Origin: an uncultured delta proteobacterium
Lineage (GTDB): Bacteria > Myxococcota_A > UBA9160 > UBA6930
Length of the DNA: 64,000 nucleotides
Direction of reading: 5' to 3'
Assembly: GCA_963766175.1 (NCBI GenBank)
Contig: CAVXZE010000001.1
Location: 257,555-321,554 of the forward strand
Shown: positions 10,101-18,482 of the stretch, piece after piece
How the letters are laid out: each line of letters opens with the position of its first letter
Position numbering within the stretch: the first letter of the stretch is position 1
Notes under the pieces: generated by a model
What the model was told of the DNA's origin: nothing
Databases searched by the model: none
What the model saw: the letters and a program-made list of their open reading frames with translations, nothing else
Made by a program: the position numbers and the translations under genes

Positions 10101-12159
10101 GAGCGCGAAGACTCAGAAGATCGCCCGGGTCTGCTTCGAGAGCGCTCCGGTAGGCGTCGATGGCGGCTTCGACCTCGCCATCGGCGGCCTGCAGCTCCGC
10201 CAGGCGTCGGCGATTCGCCGCCTGTTCCTCGCCCTGGAGCAGCCCGTCCAGGTGCTCCAGGGTCTCGCGCAGCTCGCTCGAGTGGTGCAGGACTTCCTGG
10301 AGCCGGGCGCAGGTCTGGAGTGCCTGCTGGTCCTCGGGCATCGCGATCACCAGACGCTCGACCCAGAGCAGTGCCTCGTCGAGCTGATCCCGCTCCTCGA
10401 AGATTCGCGCCAGCTCCCAGACCAGAAAGGAGAGACGGCTTCGGTCGGTGGTGACGCTGGCCTCCCGCTCGAACGCCTCGACGATGGCGTCCTCGTCCCC
10501 GCTTTCCAGCGCGATTCGCTCGATTCCCTGGAGGGCTGGCCGAGCGGTCGGATCGATGCCGATGGCCGCCTCGAAGGACCGGCGGGCCGCCTCGACATCC
10601 TGGAACTGCTCGAGCATCAGCTCGCCGAGGGCGCAGTGAAGCTCGACCGAGCGCCTGCCCGTCGTCCTCTCGAGGCCGTTTTCCAGGTGCCTGCGAAGCT
10701 TCTCCCAGCTCTCCGTCTTGCGATAGAGCCGTTCCAGGGCGTCGACGATCAGCTTCTGTTCCGGATCCTCAGCGCTGGCGCGCTCGAAGGCGTCGATGGC
10801 GGCCTCGGTATCGGCCAGCTGCTCTTCGTGGAGGGAGCCGAGCCGGGCCAGGGCCAGGGCGCGAGCGCTCGGGTTGCCTGCGGCCAGGGTGGCCTGCTGT
10901 TCGAGAATCTCCACGAGCTCCTCGTCACGCCCCAGGCGCGTGAGGTCGTCGGCGAGCTCGTGGAGCAGCTGGGCGTTTCCCGGATCATGCTCCAGAGCGC
11001 GACGGAGCTCCGACACGGCCTCGGAGCGATCTCCCTGCTCCCGCGAGAGCGTCGCGAGCTCGCGCAGGATCTCCGCTGGCATCGGGCCCTTGGCGAGATC
11101 GGATGCGCGTCGCAGGTGGTCGGTCAGGGCCTCCCGGTTTCCCGCGAGCCGCTCGACGTCCGCCAGCGCAAGGTGGTTCTCCGGATCGTCCGGGAAGAGC
11201 TCGAGGGCGCGGGAGAACCAGAGACGTGCACCCTGGGGATTTCTCAATCGTTCCAGATGCAGGCGTCCCCCCTCATGGGCGATGGTGGCCCGTCGCTGCG
11301 CTCCCGAGGCCAGGTCGAAGCGCCTCTCGTAGAGCTCGGCGACCTGCTCCCATCGCTCGTCCGCGGCGGCGCGTTCGAGCAAGGCTTCGAGGGCGATCTC
11401 GCAGCGGGGATCGTCGGTGAGGGCCTGGCGGAAGAGCTTCTCGGCGCCATCGGCGTCTTCGAGAGGCCCATCGAGGAGGCGGGCCAGCTGCACAACCGCA
11501 GGTGCGCGGTCCGGCCCCCGCAGGTGTTCGATGGCGCGCTCCAGAGCTTGCGCCGCAGCCGGCGCTTCGCCCAGCTCCTCCCTGGCCTGCGCCAGCCCGA
11601 GCAGGGCGGTCACGTAATCCGGGTCGCTCTCGAGCGCTCGCTCGAACAAGGTCGCTCCCTGTGCCGCGTCGCCGAGCTTCAGGTGCCAGATCTCGCCCAT
11701 CTCGGTCGAGAAGGCGGCCTGCTCGAAGGGGCGCATCGGCAGCTGAGCCTGAACCTCGGCGACCTGGAGGGCGAGCTCCCATTTCTCCTGCGCCGCGTAG
11801 ATCTTTCGCAGCTGCACCAGCGCCGGCTGGTAGCCCGGGTCCAGACGAACGACGCTCTCGTAGGCCTCTGCCGCTCGGTCGACCTGCAGACAGCGCTCCT
11901 CGAGAACCTGGGCCAGCCGGAAGGCGACCCTCGCACGCTTTTTGGGGCTCTTCTCCGGGTCCAGGTCGGTCGATCCGAGTCTGCGCTCGTACAGGGTGAC
12001 GAGATCGTTCCATTCGCCGTTCACGAAGTGATGCTCTTCGAGAGCTTCGAAGGCGGCGGCAACCGAAGGATCGGATTCGAATTGATTCCTCAGCCGCTGC
12101 AGATTGGCATCCACAGGTATTCCCCCCCGGGATTCATCGATGAGTCCCCGATCACCCAT
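4132..12159 (-). CDS. Giant TPR-repeat protein (2675 aa) with a non-TPR C-terminal ~300 aa
   Basis: One uninterrupted 8-kb ORF. It shows pervasive 34-residue TPR-like periodicity (e.g. AxxxYxxALxxDPxxxxAL motifs repeated throughout). The last ~300 aa lack this pattern. Confidence 0.85.
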   Translation of the reverse strand: MGDRGLIDESRGGIPVDANLQRLRNQFESDPSVAAAFEALEEHHFVNGEWNDLVTLYERRLGSTDLDPEKSPKKRARVAFRLAQVLEERCLQVDRAAEAYESVVRLDPGYQPALVQLRKIYAAQEKWELALQVAEVQAQLPMRPFEQAAFSTEMGEIWHLKLGDAAQGATLFERALESDPDYVTALLGLAQAREELGEAPAAAQALERAIEHLRGPDRAPAVVQLARLLDGPLEDADGAEKLFRQALTDDPRCEIALEALLERAAADERWEQVAELYERRFDLASGAQRRATIAHEGGRLHLERLRNPQGARLWFSRALELFPDDPENHLALADVERLAGNREALTDHLRRASDLAKGPMPAEILRELATLSREQGDRSEAVSELRRALEHDPGNAQLLHELADDLTRLGRDEELVEILEQQATLAAGNPSARALALARLGSLHEEQLADTEAAIDAFERASAEDPEQKLIVDALERLYRKTESWEKLRRHLENGLERTTGRRSVELHCALGELMLEQFQDVEAARRSFEAAIGIDPTARPALQGIERIALESGDEDAIVEAFEREASVTTDRSRLSFLVWELARIFEERDQLDEALLWVERLVIAMPEDQQALQTCARLQEVLHHSSELRETLEHLDGLLQGEEQAANRRRLAELQAADGEVEAAIDAYRSALEADPGDLLSLRALQPLLEDSERLREAVEVRRHLAELVSPEERIECLHALGVILSDRLDDAESAIPVFAELARTPDAPQDSGERLENVLERTGRFEALSERLLERRRELDSQSPEARDLDLRRAEILQHRLGLPAQAAALFREVYEREPGCATVRASLERALRESNDLAGLCELLEARAAEEQDDEARAPMELERATILEQTLHREDEARQLLTAIADGESAVAAEAERRLDALLERLGEWETARDRLLAKLGHGSPEDDFEIRQRLGTLCRDRLVDPDDAIAHLEAAAALRADRADVWQTLARLYQEEDRPQDLLTALESELETGPDPERALALHARAAELCVGACADPVRAAVHYEKVLSLDPTHALASEFLVEQLSVEERHADLARVLETRLTALQAEPETADGADSGELDRRGPEISLRIRIAALRSGPLDDVDGAIEMLAPTAGEDDALSVVGEPLADLYQRAGRDGDLIQLCERAAVNCEDALERSDWYLRMGDALRRRGDLASAAGSYRQVLAERPDDRSAPSALRDIYRRLGETEPLVQLLEAELSRIGGTEEVPIRMELATLLEGSLSRPGDALRHLRRVLQIEPSHVLALGRAMQLAEQMGRTAEWLELLGIALERTRSPIERARLLTRRGRILAGELARPEEAAESFRSAIALDASSDEARSELRDLLESLGDWPAVLESLELELRCAASEDQNGKAAICAEAAEIAATHLSSDAALPWLERLRALRSEDASLVARIADVHRQAGRREAVLRALEDEIALSPDPGRLCALELERADILEQQMGAPGRAIGALEAARVADPASRAVLERLEQLYRDTRRPRDQAKILELLIEGANAEERLDLRRTAAELYAVVLGQPSSAADQLWAALCEAPSSGVDRVELLGRLSSVFLSLGRRDLWTRTAEEELASFDPGAEVFDERRRELQLELARVYNAELGRPDAALRHLRKLVDGGIAAEDSQDPSRFEEAEKALLSLLRAGRNDIELEQRLSQRLARSAPALDLGEEGDERRQTVEGQREEADLWLELARLRRERLHRPCKAADAFREVLARDPQNLDAIRGLRGVSDQVGDHEEVARTLETELERAQSLSNRERAALYRRLGRVAWEQLDSTTRASRAFVAALEAEPSDLVSLRSLESLFEMMEDWRGALDLYESEVEILGDAEPERRKTAWLRAGELARTHTGEIERAARNYQAAAEIGELPVNSRREWADLYQRLDRPDRFAEVFAGWCDDSESGATGGDHLLLARTLEELDQPDEALARVQRALDAEPENANAWDTAARLWEARGEAHSAAEALEKAADCLAGGESATRRYRAATLIEASDAEWAATLLERAVTADPALAVAEAMLTRVAFALGRRAQAKRAAELALELADGGAELDDATRLETALIGGQAARSLECLEPAARLYGTALEISPLHAEALAARGEILFDLGDREGARLALEARLGLDTPDPERASHLCLLGASLEADDPQAALERYTDAIELDPGLDQAHGGLVAIYESLSRIDEAVNALQGWAARASDSKERAERLVRAGELEMGREGREEPAEVLLREATAVCPQVARAWLLLADLLWSRGRNAEALDLSTRALDAIGDVPERSGIALIRARALERQGDRREAAASYREATRIESTCQEGALAGARLLRCLGEWREAADVLTGFVDAHPDAESPQIAPALHQLGRLLAGPLEDVEGAVAAYRRAIDADSELRDARVALAELLAHRPECWTEAIEQHRDLLREEPTRLGSIRALLRISHGRGSDRGVATGLAVLRALGAATPEERIQSPAQPPVTPANPPSMSDPVWEAARRIGQEAAQEIGEALGAGSRPESSASEASEPMARFRAAVLAAEGELSAPALAPLSTPELGSVITLVAQLVLEVPRVGAEGDRVNALSSSLGRRARRRVRKALGEIDAVAIASIDFEAWRAELRGLASARVLESSDFEFRLALTAWLQSGDGGHGDNAEAIPPEADLSQLVADRPEALALLRSVINAWVEAL

Positions 12160-12236
12160 CGGCGCTTCGACCCGTCATCTTGAACTGATTCGGTTGCAGC
12201 GGGTTCTTCGTTTGATTAGATTTTTCAAGGGCTTAC

Positions 12237-14528
12237 ATGAGTACCATGCCGTCCGACCCAGCTCCCGAAAGGCTCGCCGAGACGAGCGACCTGCCGGCTG
12301 CCGAGCGTCGCCGCCGCCGCCGCGATCTGGTCATCACCGCAGCAGTGATTGCGGCGATCACCGCTGTGGTGTTGGTCGAGCGTCGGATTACCAGCCTGCC
12401 CCGCGCGCTCCCCTTCGGCGACAGTCTGCTCTTTCTGTTCTTGAACGCCTTGAACGTGATTCTGATCGTCCTGCTGATCTACCTGATCTCGAGAAGCTTC
12501 GTGAAGCTCATCTTCGAGCGGCGTTCCGGAGCCCTGGGCTCGCACCTGAATCTGAAGTTCGCACTGGCCCTCTTCCTGGTGGCGGCGGTGCCGATGGGGC
12601 TCCAGTACGTGGTCTCCTCCTCGTTCATCACCGCTTCCATCGATACCTGGTTCAGCCTCCAGATGGACCGGGCCATCGAAGACAGCCGAGAGGTGGCCGA
12701 TGCCTACTACGACGCCTGGACGGGCAACGCCCTGCATTTCGGTACGCAGATCTCCGAGGAGATCCGCGCTCAGAGACTGCTCCGCGAGGGGAACAACGAA
12801 GAGCTGGCCGCCTTCGTCCAGGTCAAGCAGCGGGAGTACAACCTCGGCGTGGTCCAGATCTTTCCCTTCGCCGAGGCCGAGCCCATCGCCACGCTGGTGA
12901 ACCCGGAGATCCCGACGGCGGCCTTCGTGAAGCGGGACAGCCGGATCGTCGCCTCTGCGCTCGAGGGAGAGCGGGCTTCCGTCGTCGAGGGCACCGGCAC
13001 CGAAATCGGCGACGTGATCCGAGGCGCCGTGCCGATCTACTCGTCGGATCCCGCCCGCCCAGAAGAGGTGGTGGGCGCGGTGGTCGTGAACCACCTGGTG
13101 CCCCACCCTCTGGTGTACAAGGTCGGCGTGATCCGCGCAGCCATCGAGGAATACCGCGCGATTCAGCCCTTCGCGGGCCGGATCGCCGGTGTCTATCAGC
13201 TGGTCCTGCTGCTCTTTTCCCTGATGATCGTGCTCTTCGCCGTGTGGTGGGGGCTGCGGATGGCGAAGGGCGTGACGGATCCCATCAACGCCTTGGTAGA
13301 GGGGACCGAGAAGGTCGCGGGGGGGGATCTGAATGTCGTCGTCCAGGCCAGCTCCAACGACGAGATCGGTTTCCTGGTCCGCTCCTTCAATCAGATGACC
13401 CGCGACCTCCGCGAGGCCCTCTCGGGCCTGGAGCTCTCCAATACCGAGCTCGACCAGCGCCGCCGATACATGGAGATCGTGCTGCGCAACGTGGACGCCG
13501 GGGTGGTCTCCGTCGACGCCGAGGGCCGCATCGGCACCATCAACCCCTCGGCCCAGCGCCTGCTCGGCATCGCACCCGGCACGGGCGTGATCGGCAGCAA
13601 GCTCGAGGAGGTGCTGACCCGGACCGAGTACCTGGACGTGGTCCGCGAGCTCAGCAGTCAGACCCGCCCGGGCATGCGCGAGAGTGTCCGCCAGCAGGTG
13701 CAGGTACCGAGCGGCGACGAGATGCTCACCCTGCTGGTGACACTGACACTGCTTCAGGACTACGACGGAAGGCCGATCGGCTCGGTGTTGGTCTTCGACG
13801 ACTACACCCAGGAGGTGAGGGCGCAGCGCATGGCGGCCTGGCGGGAGGTGGCGCGGCGGATCGCCCACGAGATCAAGAACCCGCTTACGCCGATCCAGCT
13901 CTCCGCGCAGAGAATCCGCCGCCGCTTCCGCGACCGCCTGGACGGGTCGCCCGAAGATGCCCAGGTCTTCGACGAGTGCGTGGACACCATCACCAGCCAG
14001 GTCGAGGGCCTGAAGGTGCTGGTCAACGAGTTCTCCAACTTCGCGCGCCTGCCCGCGGCGAATCCCAAGCCCGACGATCTCAATCAGCTGGTCCAGGAGG
14101 CGATCTCCAGCTACGCGGGAACCGACGGTGTGAGGTTCGAGACGGACCTGGCTCCGCAGCTTCCGCGCGTGGATCTCGACCGCGAGCAGATCCGCCGGGT
14201 GCTCACCAACATGATCGACAACGCCACCGCCGCCGTGCTCGAGGGCGCCGCGGAGCCGGGAGGGACCGGCTGCATCGAGGTGCGCACCGTTCACGATGCC
14301 CCGCTGCAGACGGTGAGGCTCGAGATCGCCGATGACGGCATCGGCATTTCGCCGGGGGATCGCAGGCGGATCTTCGAGCCCTATTTCTCTACCAAGGATC
14401 ACGGATCGGGTCTCGGCCTGGCGATCGTCTCTCGTATCATCGCGGACCATCACGGCTATATTCGTGTACACGGGAATCGGCCCCGCGGAACCCGCTTCAT
14501 TGTCGAGCTTCCCGTACGGAGCATCTGA
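12237..14528 (+). CDS. ntrY: NtrY-like sensor histidine kinase (TM-HAMP-PAS-HisKA-HATPase)
   Basis: 763 aa. N-terminal TM helices, a HAMP-like DEIGFLVRSFNQMTRDL, H-box HEIKNPLTPIQLSAQR, N-box NMIDNATAA, and G-boxes DDGIGI and GSGLGLAI. Confidence 0.85.
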   Translation: MSTMPSDPAPERLAETSDLPAAERRRRRRDLVITAAVIAAITAVVLVERRITSLPRALPFGDSLLFLFLNALNVILIVLLIYLISRSFVKLIFERRSGALGSHLNLKFALALFLVAAVPMGLQYVVSSSFITASIDTWFSLQMDRAIEDSREVADAYYDAWTGNALHFGTQISEEIRAQRLLREGNNEELAAFVQVKQREYNLGVVQIFPFAEAEPIATLVNPEIPTAAFVKRDSRIVASALEGERASVVEGTGTEIGDVIRGAVPIYSSDPARPEEVVGAVVVNHLVPHPLVYKVGVIRAAIEEYRAIQPFAGRIAGVYQLVLLLFSLMIVLFAVWWGLRMAKGVTDPINALVEGTEKVAGGDLNVVVQASSNDEIGFLVRSFNQMTRDLREALSGLELSNTELDQRRRYMEIVLRNVDAGVVSVDAEGRIGTINPSAQRLLGIAPGTGVIGSKLEEVLTRTEYLDVVRELSSQTRPGMRESVRQQVQVPSGDEMLTLLVTLTLLQDYDGRPIGSVLVFDDYTQEVRAQRMAAWREVARRIAHEIKNPLTPIQLSAQRIRRRFRDRLDGSPEDAQVFDECVDTITSQVEGLKVLVNEFSNFARLPAANPKPDDLNQLVQEAISSYAGTDGVRFETDLAPQLPRVDLDREQIRRVLTNMIDNATAAVLEGAAEPGGTGCIEVRTVHDAPLQTVRLEIADDGIGISPGDRRRIFEPYFSTKDHGSGLGLAIVSRIIADHHGYIRVHGNRPRGTRFIVELPVRSI

Positions 14529-14531
14529 GGC

Positions 14532-15887
14532 TTGAATCGTATCCTGATCGTCGACGACGAGGAGAGCATCCGGCGTTCGCTGGCGGGAATCCTCTCCGAT
14601 GAGGGCTTCGAAACCGACTCCGTTGCGGACGGTGAGAGTGCGCTGACCGCGCTGCGGCAAGGGGAGGAGGTTCCGGACCTGGTGCTCCTCGACATCGCCA
14701 TGCCCGGTCGCGACGGCGTCGAGATCCTGGCGGAGATTCGCCAGGCCTGGCCGGCCCTGCCGGTGGTGATGATGAGCGGCCACGGGACGATCGAGACCGC
14801 CGTACGCGCCACACAGCTCGGCGCCTTCGACTTCATCGAGAAGCCACTCTCCATCGAGAAGCTGCTTCTGACCCTGCGCCATGCCCTGGATCGCACCCGC
14901 CTCGAGCGCGAAAACCAGCAGCTCCGGTCCGAGAACATTCGAGCCCACCAGATTCTCGGGAAATCGGCGCCCATCAAGAAGCTGAAGGAGCAGATCCAGG
15001 TCGCCGCACCGACCAACGGCTGGGTGTTGATCACAGGCGAGAACGGGACCGGAAAGGAGATGGTGGCGAAGCAGATCCACCTCCAGAGCAAGCGCGCGGA
15101 GAAGCCTTTCGTGGAGGTGAACTGCGCCGCCATTCCCGAGGAGTTGATCGAGTCCGAGCTCTTTGGCCACGAGAAGGGGGCGTTCACCGGGGCGATCGCC
15201 CAGAAGCGCGGCAAGTTCGAACTCGCCAACGAGGGGACGATCTTTCTCGACGAGATCGGGGACATGAGCCTGCGTACGCAGGCCAAGATTCTGCGCATCC
15301 TTCAAGAGCACAAGTTCGAGCGGGTGGGTGGCACCGACACCATCGACGTGGACGTTCGCGTGATCGCCGCGAGCAACAAGAGTCTGGAGAAGGAGATCCA
15401 GGAGGGGCACTTCCGGGAGGACCTGTACTACCGACTCAACGTGATCCCCTTCCACGTTCCGCCGCTGCGGGAACGCCGCGAGGATCTGCCGATACTGGCC
15501 AAGTCTTTCGTGGAGGAGTTCTGCGCGGAATCCGGAGCCCGGCGCAAGCAGATCGCCCCCAGGGCCATGAGCCGGCTCCAGTCCTACGCGTGGCCCGGCA
15601 ACGTCCGCGAGCTCCGCAACCTGATGGAGCGTCTGGTGCTGATGACTCCGGGGCCCAAGATCCGCGCCGAGGATCTGCCTCCGGATCTCGGGGACCGCGA
15701 GCAGCGCGAGGATCTCGAGGGAATCACCCTCGGAGAGGCCCGCAAGGATTTCGAGCGGGAGTTCCTGATCGCCCGCCTCCGGGAGAACGACTGGAACATC
15801 TCCCGCACTGCCGAGGGGATCGGGATCGCCCGGGAGAGCCTGTCGAGAAAGGTGCGCAGCCTCGAAATCAAGGTGCCGCGTGATTGA
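14532..15887 (+). CDS. ntrX: Sigma-54-dependent response regulator (REC-AAA+-Fis HTH), NtrX/NtrC-like
   Basis: 451 aa. REC domain (ILIVDDE...DLVLLDIAMPGRDG), Walker A GENGTGKE, the GAFTGA sigma-54 contact motif, and a C-terminal Fis-type HTH (NISRTAEGIGIARESLSRKV). It starts 4 nt after the kinase gene. Confidence 0.9.
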   Translation: MNRILIVDDEESIRRSLAGILSDEGFETDSVADGESALTALRQGEEVPDLVLLDIAMPGRDGVEILAEIRQAWPALPVVMMSGHGTIETAVRATQLGAFDFIEKPLSIEKLLLTLRHALDRTRLERENQQLRSENIRAHQILGKSAPIKKLKEQIQVAAPTNGWVLITGENGTGKEMVAKQIHLQSKRAEKPFVEVNCAAIPEELIESELFGHEKGAFTGAIAQKRGKFELANEGTIFLDEIGDMSLRTQAKILRILQEHKFERVGGTDTIDVDVRVIAASNKSLEKEIQEGHFREDLYYRLNVIPFHVPPLRERREDLPILAKSFVEEFCAESGARRKQIAPRAMSRLQSYAWPGNVRELRNLMERLVLMTPGPKIRAEDLPPDLGDREQREDLEGITLGEARKDFEREFLIARLRENDWNISRTAEGIGIARESLSRKVRSLEIKVPRD

Positions 15888-16021
15888 GGTCTCGAGCGCC
15901 GCCCCGGCCGACATCCAACGGCGAAGACGCCTTGCTGATGACGAGGTCGACTTGAAGCGGCGCGCCAGGAGTCGAGGAAGCTACCGCGCGGCGGAAGGTC
16001 GAAGGGGGACGGATTTCCAGA

Positions 16022-16852
16022 ATGGTTTCCAAGATGGATAAGCCCCTGCGAGTGGATTCGGAGGTCCTGGCCAACTCCGCCGAAGGCGGGGCGAACTGGC
16101 GACTGGTGCTCCGCGTCGCGGAGGGCTGGCCCGAGGTCCAGCCGGGCCAGTTTCTGATGCTCTCGCCGGGCACGCGGGGCCGGGTCGAGCGCTACGACCC
16201 CCTCCTGCCGCGACCCATGGCGATCTTCCGCACGCGCCGGACGGGAGGAGAGGCAGCGGTCGAGGTTCTCTACAAGGTCGTGGGGCGGGGGACGAGCCTC
16301 CTCGCCGATGCCCGTCCCGGCGACGAGGTGCGTCTGGTCGGCCCTCTCGGCAGGGGATTCCCCGAGCCCTCCCCCGGTGAGCGCATCATCCTGGTGGGCG
16401 GTGGAACCGGTGTCGCGTCGCTCTTCGAGCTGGCGCGGCGTTCGTCGTCGCGGGCCCGGGTTTCGGTGCTCCTCGGCGCGCGCACGGCCGCCGACCTGAT
16501 GGGCCGGGCCGATTTCGAGAGCCTCGACGGGGATCTCCAGGTGGCCACCGACGACGGTAGCGAGGGATCCGAGGGCTTCGTGACAGACCTGCTGGAGCGG
16601 GAGCTCGCGGCCGAGGGAGCGGCGCGAGTCTACGCCTGCGGTCCGACCCCCATGATGCGCCGGGCCGCGGAGATCGCCGAGGCGGCTGGTCTGCCCTGCA
16701 TGGTTTCTCTCGAGAACCGCATGGCCTGTGGTTTCGGCGTCTGTCTCGGGTGTGCGGTGCCCCGCTCGGAATCGGACGAGGGTTACCACCTGGTCTGCCG
16801 GGACGGTCCCGTCTTCGAATCCGGGGACCTCTCCTGGGAGGGGCTCCCATGA
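16022..16852 (+). CDS. pyrK: Dihydroorotate dehydrogenase B electron-transfer subunit
   Basis: 276 aa. FAD/NAD-binding fold (RPMAIF, GGGTGVASL) and a C-terminal 2Fe-2S Cys cluster MACGFGVCLGCAV. The stop overlaps the pyrD ATG (ATGA). Confidence 0.88.
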   Translation: MVSKMDKPLRVDSEVLANSAEGGANWRLVLRVAEGWPEVQPGQFLMLSPGTRGRVERYDPLLPRPMAIFRTRRTGGEAAVEVLYKVVGRGTSLLADARPGDEVRLVGPLGRGFPEPSPGERIILVGGGTGVASLFELARRSSSRARVSVLLGARTAADLMGRADFESLDGDLQVATDDGSEGSEGFVTDLLERELAAEGAARVYACGPTPMMRRAAEIAEAAGLPCMVSLENRMACGFGVCLGCAVPRSESDEGYHLVCRDGPVFESGDLSWEGLP

Positions 16853-17776
16853 GCACGGCGCCGGACCTCTCGACCAACCTCGGCGGAATCCAGCTCCGCA
16901 ACCCGGTCCTCACTGCCTCGGGCACCTTCGGTTACGGGACGGAGTTTGCCCCGTTCATGGATCTGCGCAGGATCGGCGGCTTCGTCGCCAAGAGCCTCAC
17001 TCTCGAGCCTCGTCACGGGAATCCGCCGCCGCGCATCGTGGAGACGCCGGCGGGCATGCTGAACGCCATCAGTCTCGAGAACGTCGGTGTCCATGCCTTC
17101 GTCGAAGAGAAGCTCCCGGAGATCCCCGAGGGCGTGCCGGTGATTGCCAGCGTCTTCGGCACCGAGATCGGACTCTACGCCGAGGTTTGCAGGTGTCTGA
17201 CCGGTGCGCCGAAGGTGGTGGGGATCGAGGTCAACGCCTCCTGTCCACACGTGAAGAGCGGGGGGGGGGGAGTTTGGCCAGAATTCCGCCGTTCTGGCGC
17301 AGTTGGTTCGCGCCGTGCGGAGCGCGACCTCGCTTCCCCTGCTGGTAAAGCTCTCGCCCAATGTGACGGATATCGCGGAAATGGCCCGGGTCTGTGAGGG
17401 CGAGGGGGCGGATGGGATCTCGGCCATCAACACTCTGAGGGCCCTGGTCGTGGACGTCGAGACCCGTAGGCCGAGCCTCTCCAACGGCCTCGGCGGCCTC
17501 TCGGGCCCGGCGATTCGGCCGGTCGCGCTGCGGATGGTCTGGGAGTGCGCCCATGCGGTCGAGATCCCGGTCTGCGGGATCGGGGGGATCTGCACCGCCG
17601 AGGATGCCATCCAGTTTCTGCTCTGTGGGGCGGCGGCGGTCCAGGTGGGCACCGCCAACTTCTTGAATCCGACGGCGGCGGTCGAGGTGGCCGAAGGGGT
17701 CGCGGAGTACTGCGTCCGCCACGGTGTGGATCGGGTCTCCGACCTGGTCGGTGCGGTGGAGTTTCCGGGTCGCTAA
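16849..17776 (+). pseudogene. pyrD: Dihydroorotate dehydrogenase B catalytic subunit, reading frame broken in a G11 homopolymer
   Basis: The N-terminal part (ATG 16849, LRNPVLTASGTFGYG...NASCPHVKSGGG) and the C-terminal part (FGQNSAVLAQLVRAVRSATSLPLLVKLSPN...GGLSGPAIRPVAL...) lie in frames offset by +1. The switch falls within the G run at 17260-17270. Removing one G gives a continuous PyrD. Confidence 0.85.
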
Positions 17777-17806
17777 CCCCCCTCTCCAGTTCCCCGGGGC
17801 AGGGCC

Positions 17807-17828
17807 CCGGCGGGCGTCCGCCGGTCTT
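17807..17828 (+). terminator. Candidate hairpin terminator after pyrD
   Basis: CCGGCGG-gcgt-CCGCCGG forms a 7-bp GC stem followed by tcttgc. There is no strong U-tract. Confidence 0.35.
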
Positions 17829-17948
17829 GCAAACCCCCTGTAACTTGGATAGGTTACGCTGGATTTGTACGCGGGAGAAGGTGGGCGAATCGTCCACCTT
17901 TTTGTTTTCAGGCGAAATTGCCGGGGGCGCGTTTGGAGCGGACCGATT

Positions 17949-18449
17949 GTGTACCGGGACATCCCGGAAGAGATGCGGGCGTTGATCGAGCCGATCGTCG
18001 ATGACCACGGTCTCGAGTTGGTTGACGTCGACCTCAAGCGGGGCGGGGTGCCGTGGACGCTGCGTGTCATCGTGGACACGCCGGCGGGTGACGGACTCGT
18101 GCCCGTGGACGGGTGCGCACAGGTCTCTCGGGAAATCGGCAGCCACCTGGATGCGAGCGATCTGATCCCGGCCCGCTACACCCTGGAAGTCTCGTCGCCT
18201 GGGCTCAACCGGGTGCTGGCACGCGAAAAGGACTTCCGAGCGGCCTGTGGCCGTGAGGTGAAGCTCGAAATTCGTGCGCCCCGCGACGGGCGACGGCGTT
18301 TCCGGGGGCGCCTGGTCGGCTTCGAGGACGAGGTGGCTCGTCTTCTTGTCGATGGGAAAGAGGTCGATATCGCATTTGCCGACGTCGCCAGTGCGAACGC
18401 GGTTTACGAGTTTACTCGCGAGGATTTCGCAAGGCGCGCGAGCCGCTAG
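17949..18449 (+). CDS. rimP: Ribosome maturation factor RimP
   Basis: EEMRALIEPIVDDHGLELVDVDL...YTLEVSSPGLNRVL pattern, located immediately upstream of nusA. The start is uncertain: the ORF is open from 17865 and GTG 17949 was chosen. Confidence 0.85.
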   Translation: MYRDIPEEMRALIEPIVDDHGLELVDVDLKRGGVPWTLRVIVDTPAGDGLVPVDGCAQVSREIGSHLDASDLIPARYTLEVSSPGLNRVLAREKDFRAACGREVKLEIRAPRDGRRRFRGRLVGFEDEVARLLVDGKEVDIAFADVASANAVYEFTREDFARRASR

Positions 18450-18482
18450 GCGGCGTACGCGCAACAGCGAGATGGAGTTCAG

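Noticed and set aside
9997-12183. 728-aa plus-strand ORF (and many 60-400-aa ORFs on both strands between 4.2 and 12.1 kb)
   Set aside because: All are nested in or antisense to the single 8-kb TPR ORF. None has motifs, and their compositions are typical of GC-rich off-frames.
12225-15914. 1229-aa ORF on the minus strand spanning the ntrY/ntrX region
   Set aside because: It is antisense to two genes with unambiguous kinase and AAA+ motifs. Its own translation is an Arg/Gly/Pro/Ala/His-rich string without motifs. Long stop-free antisense frames are expected at this GC content.
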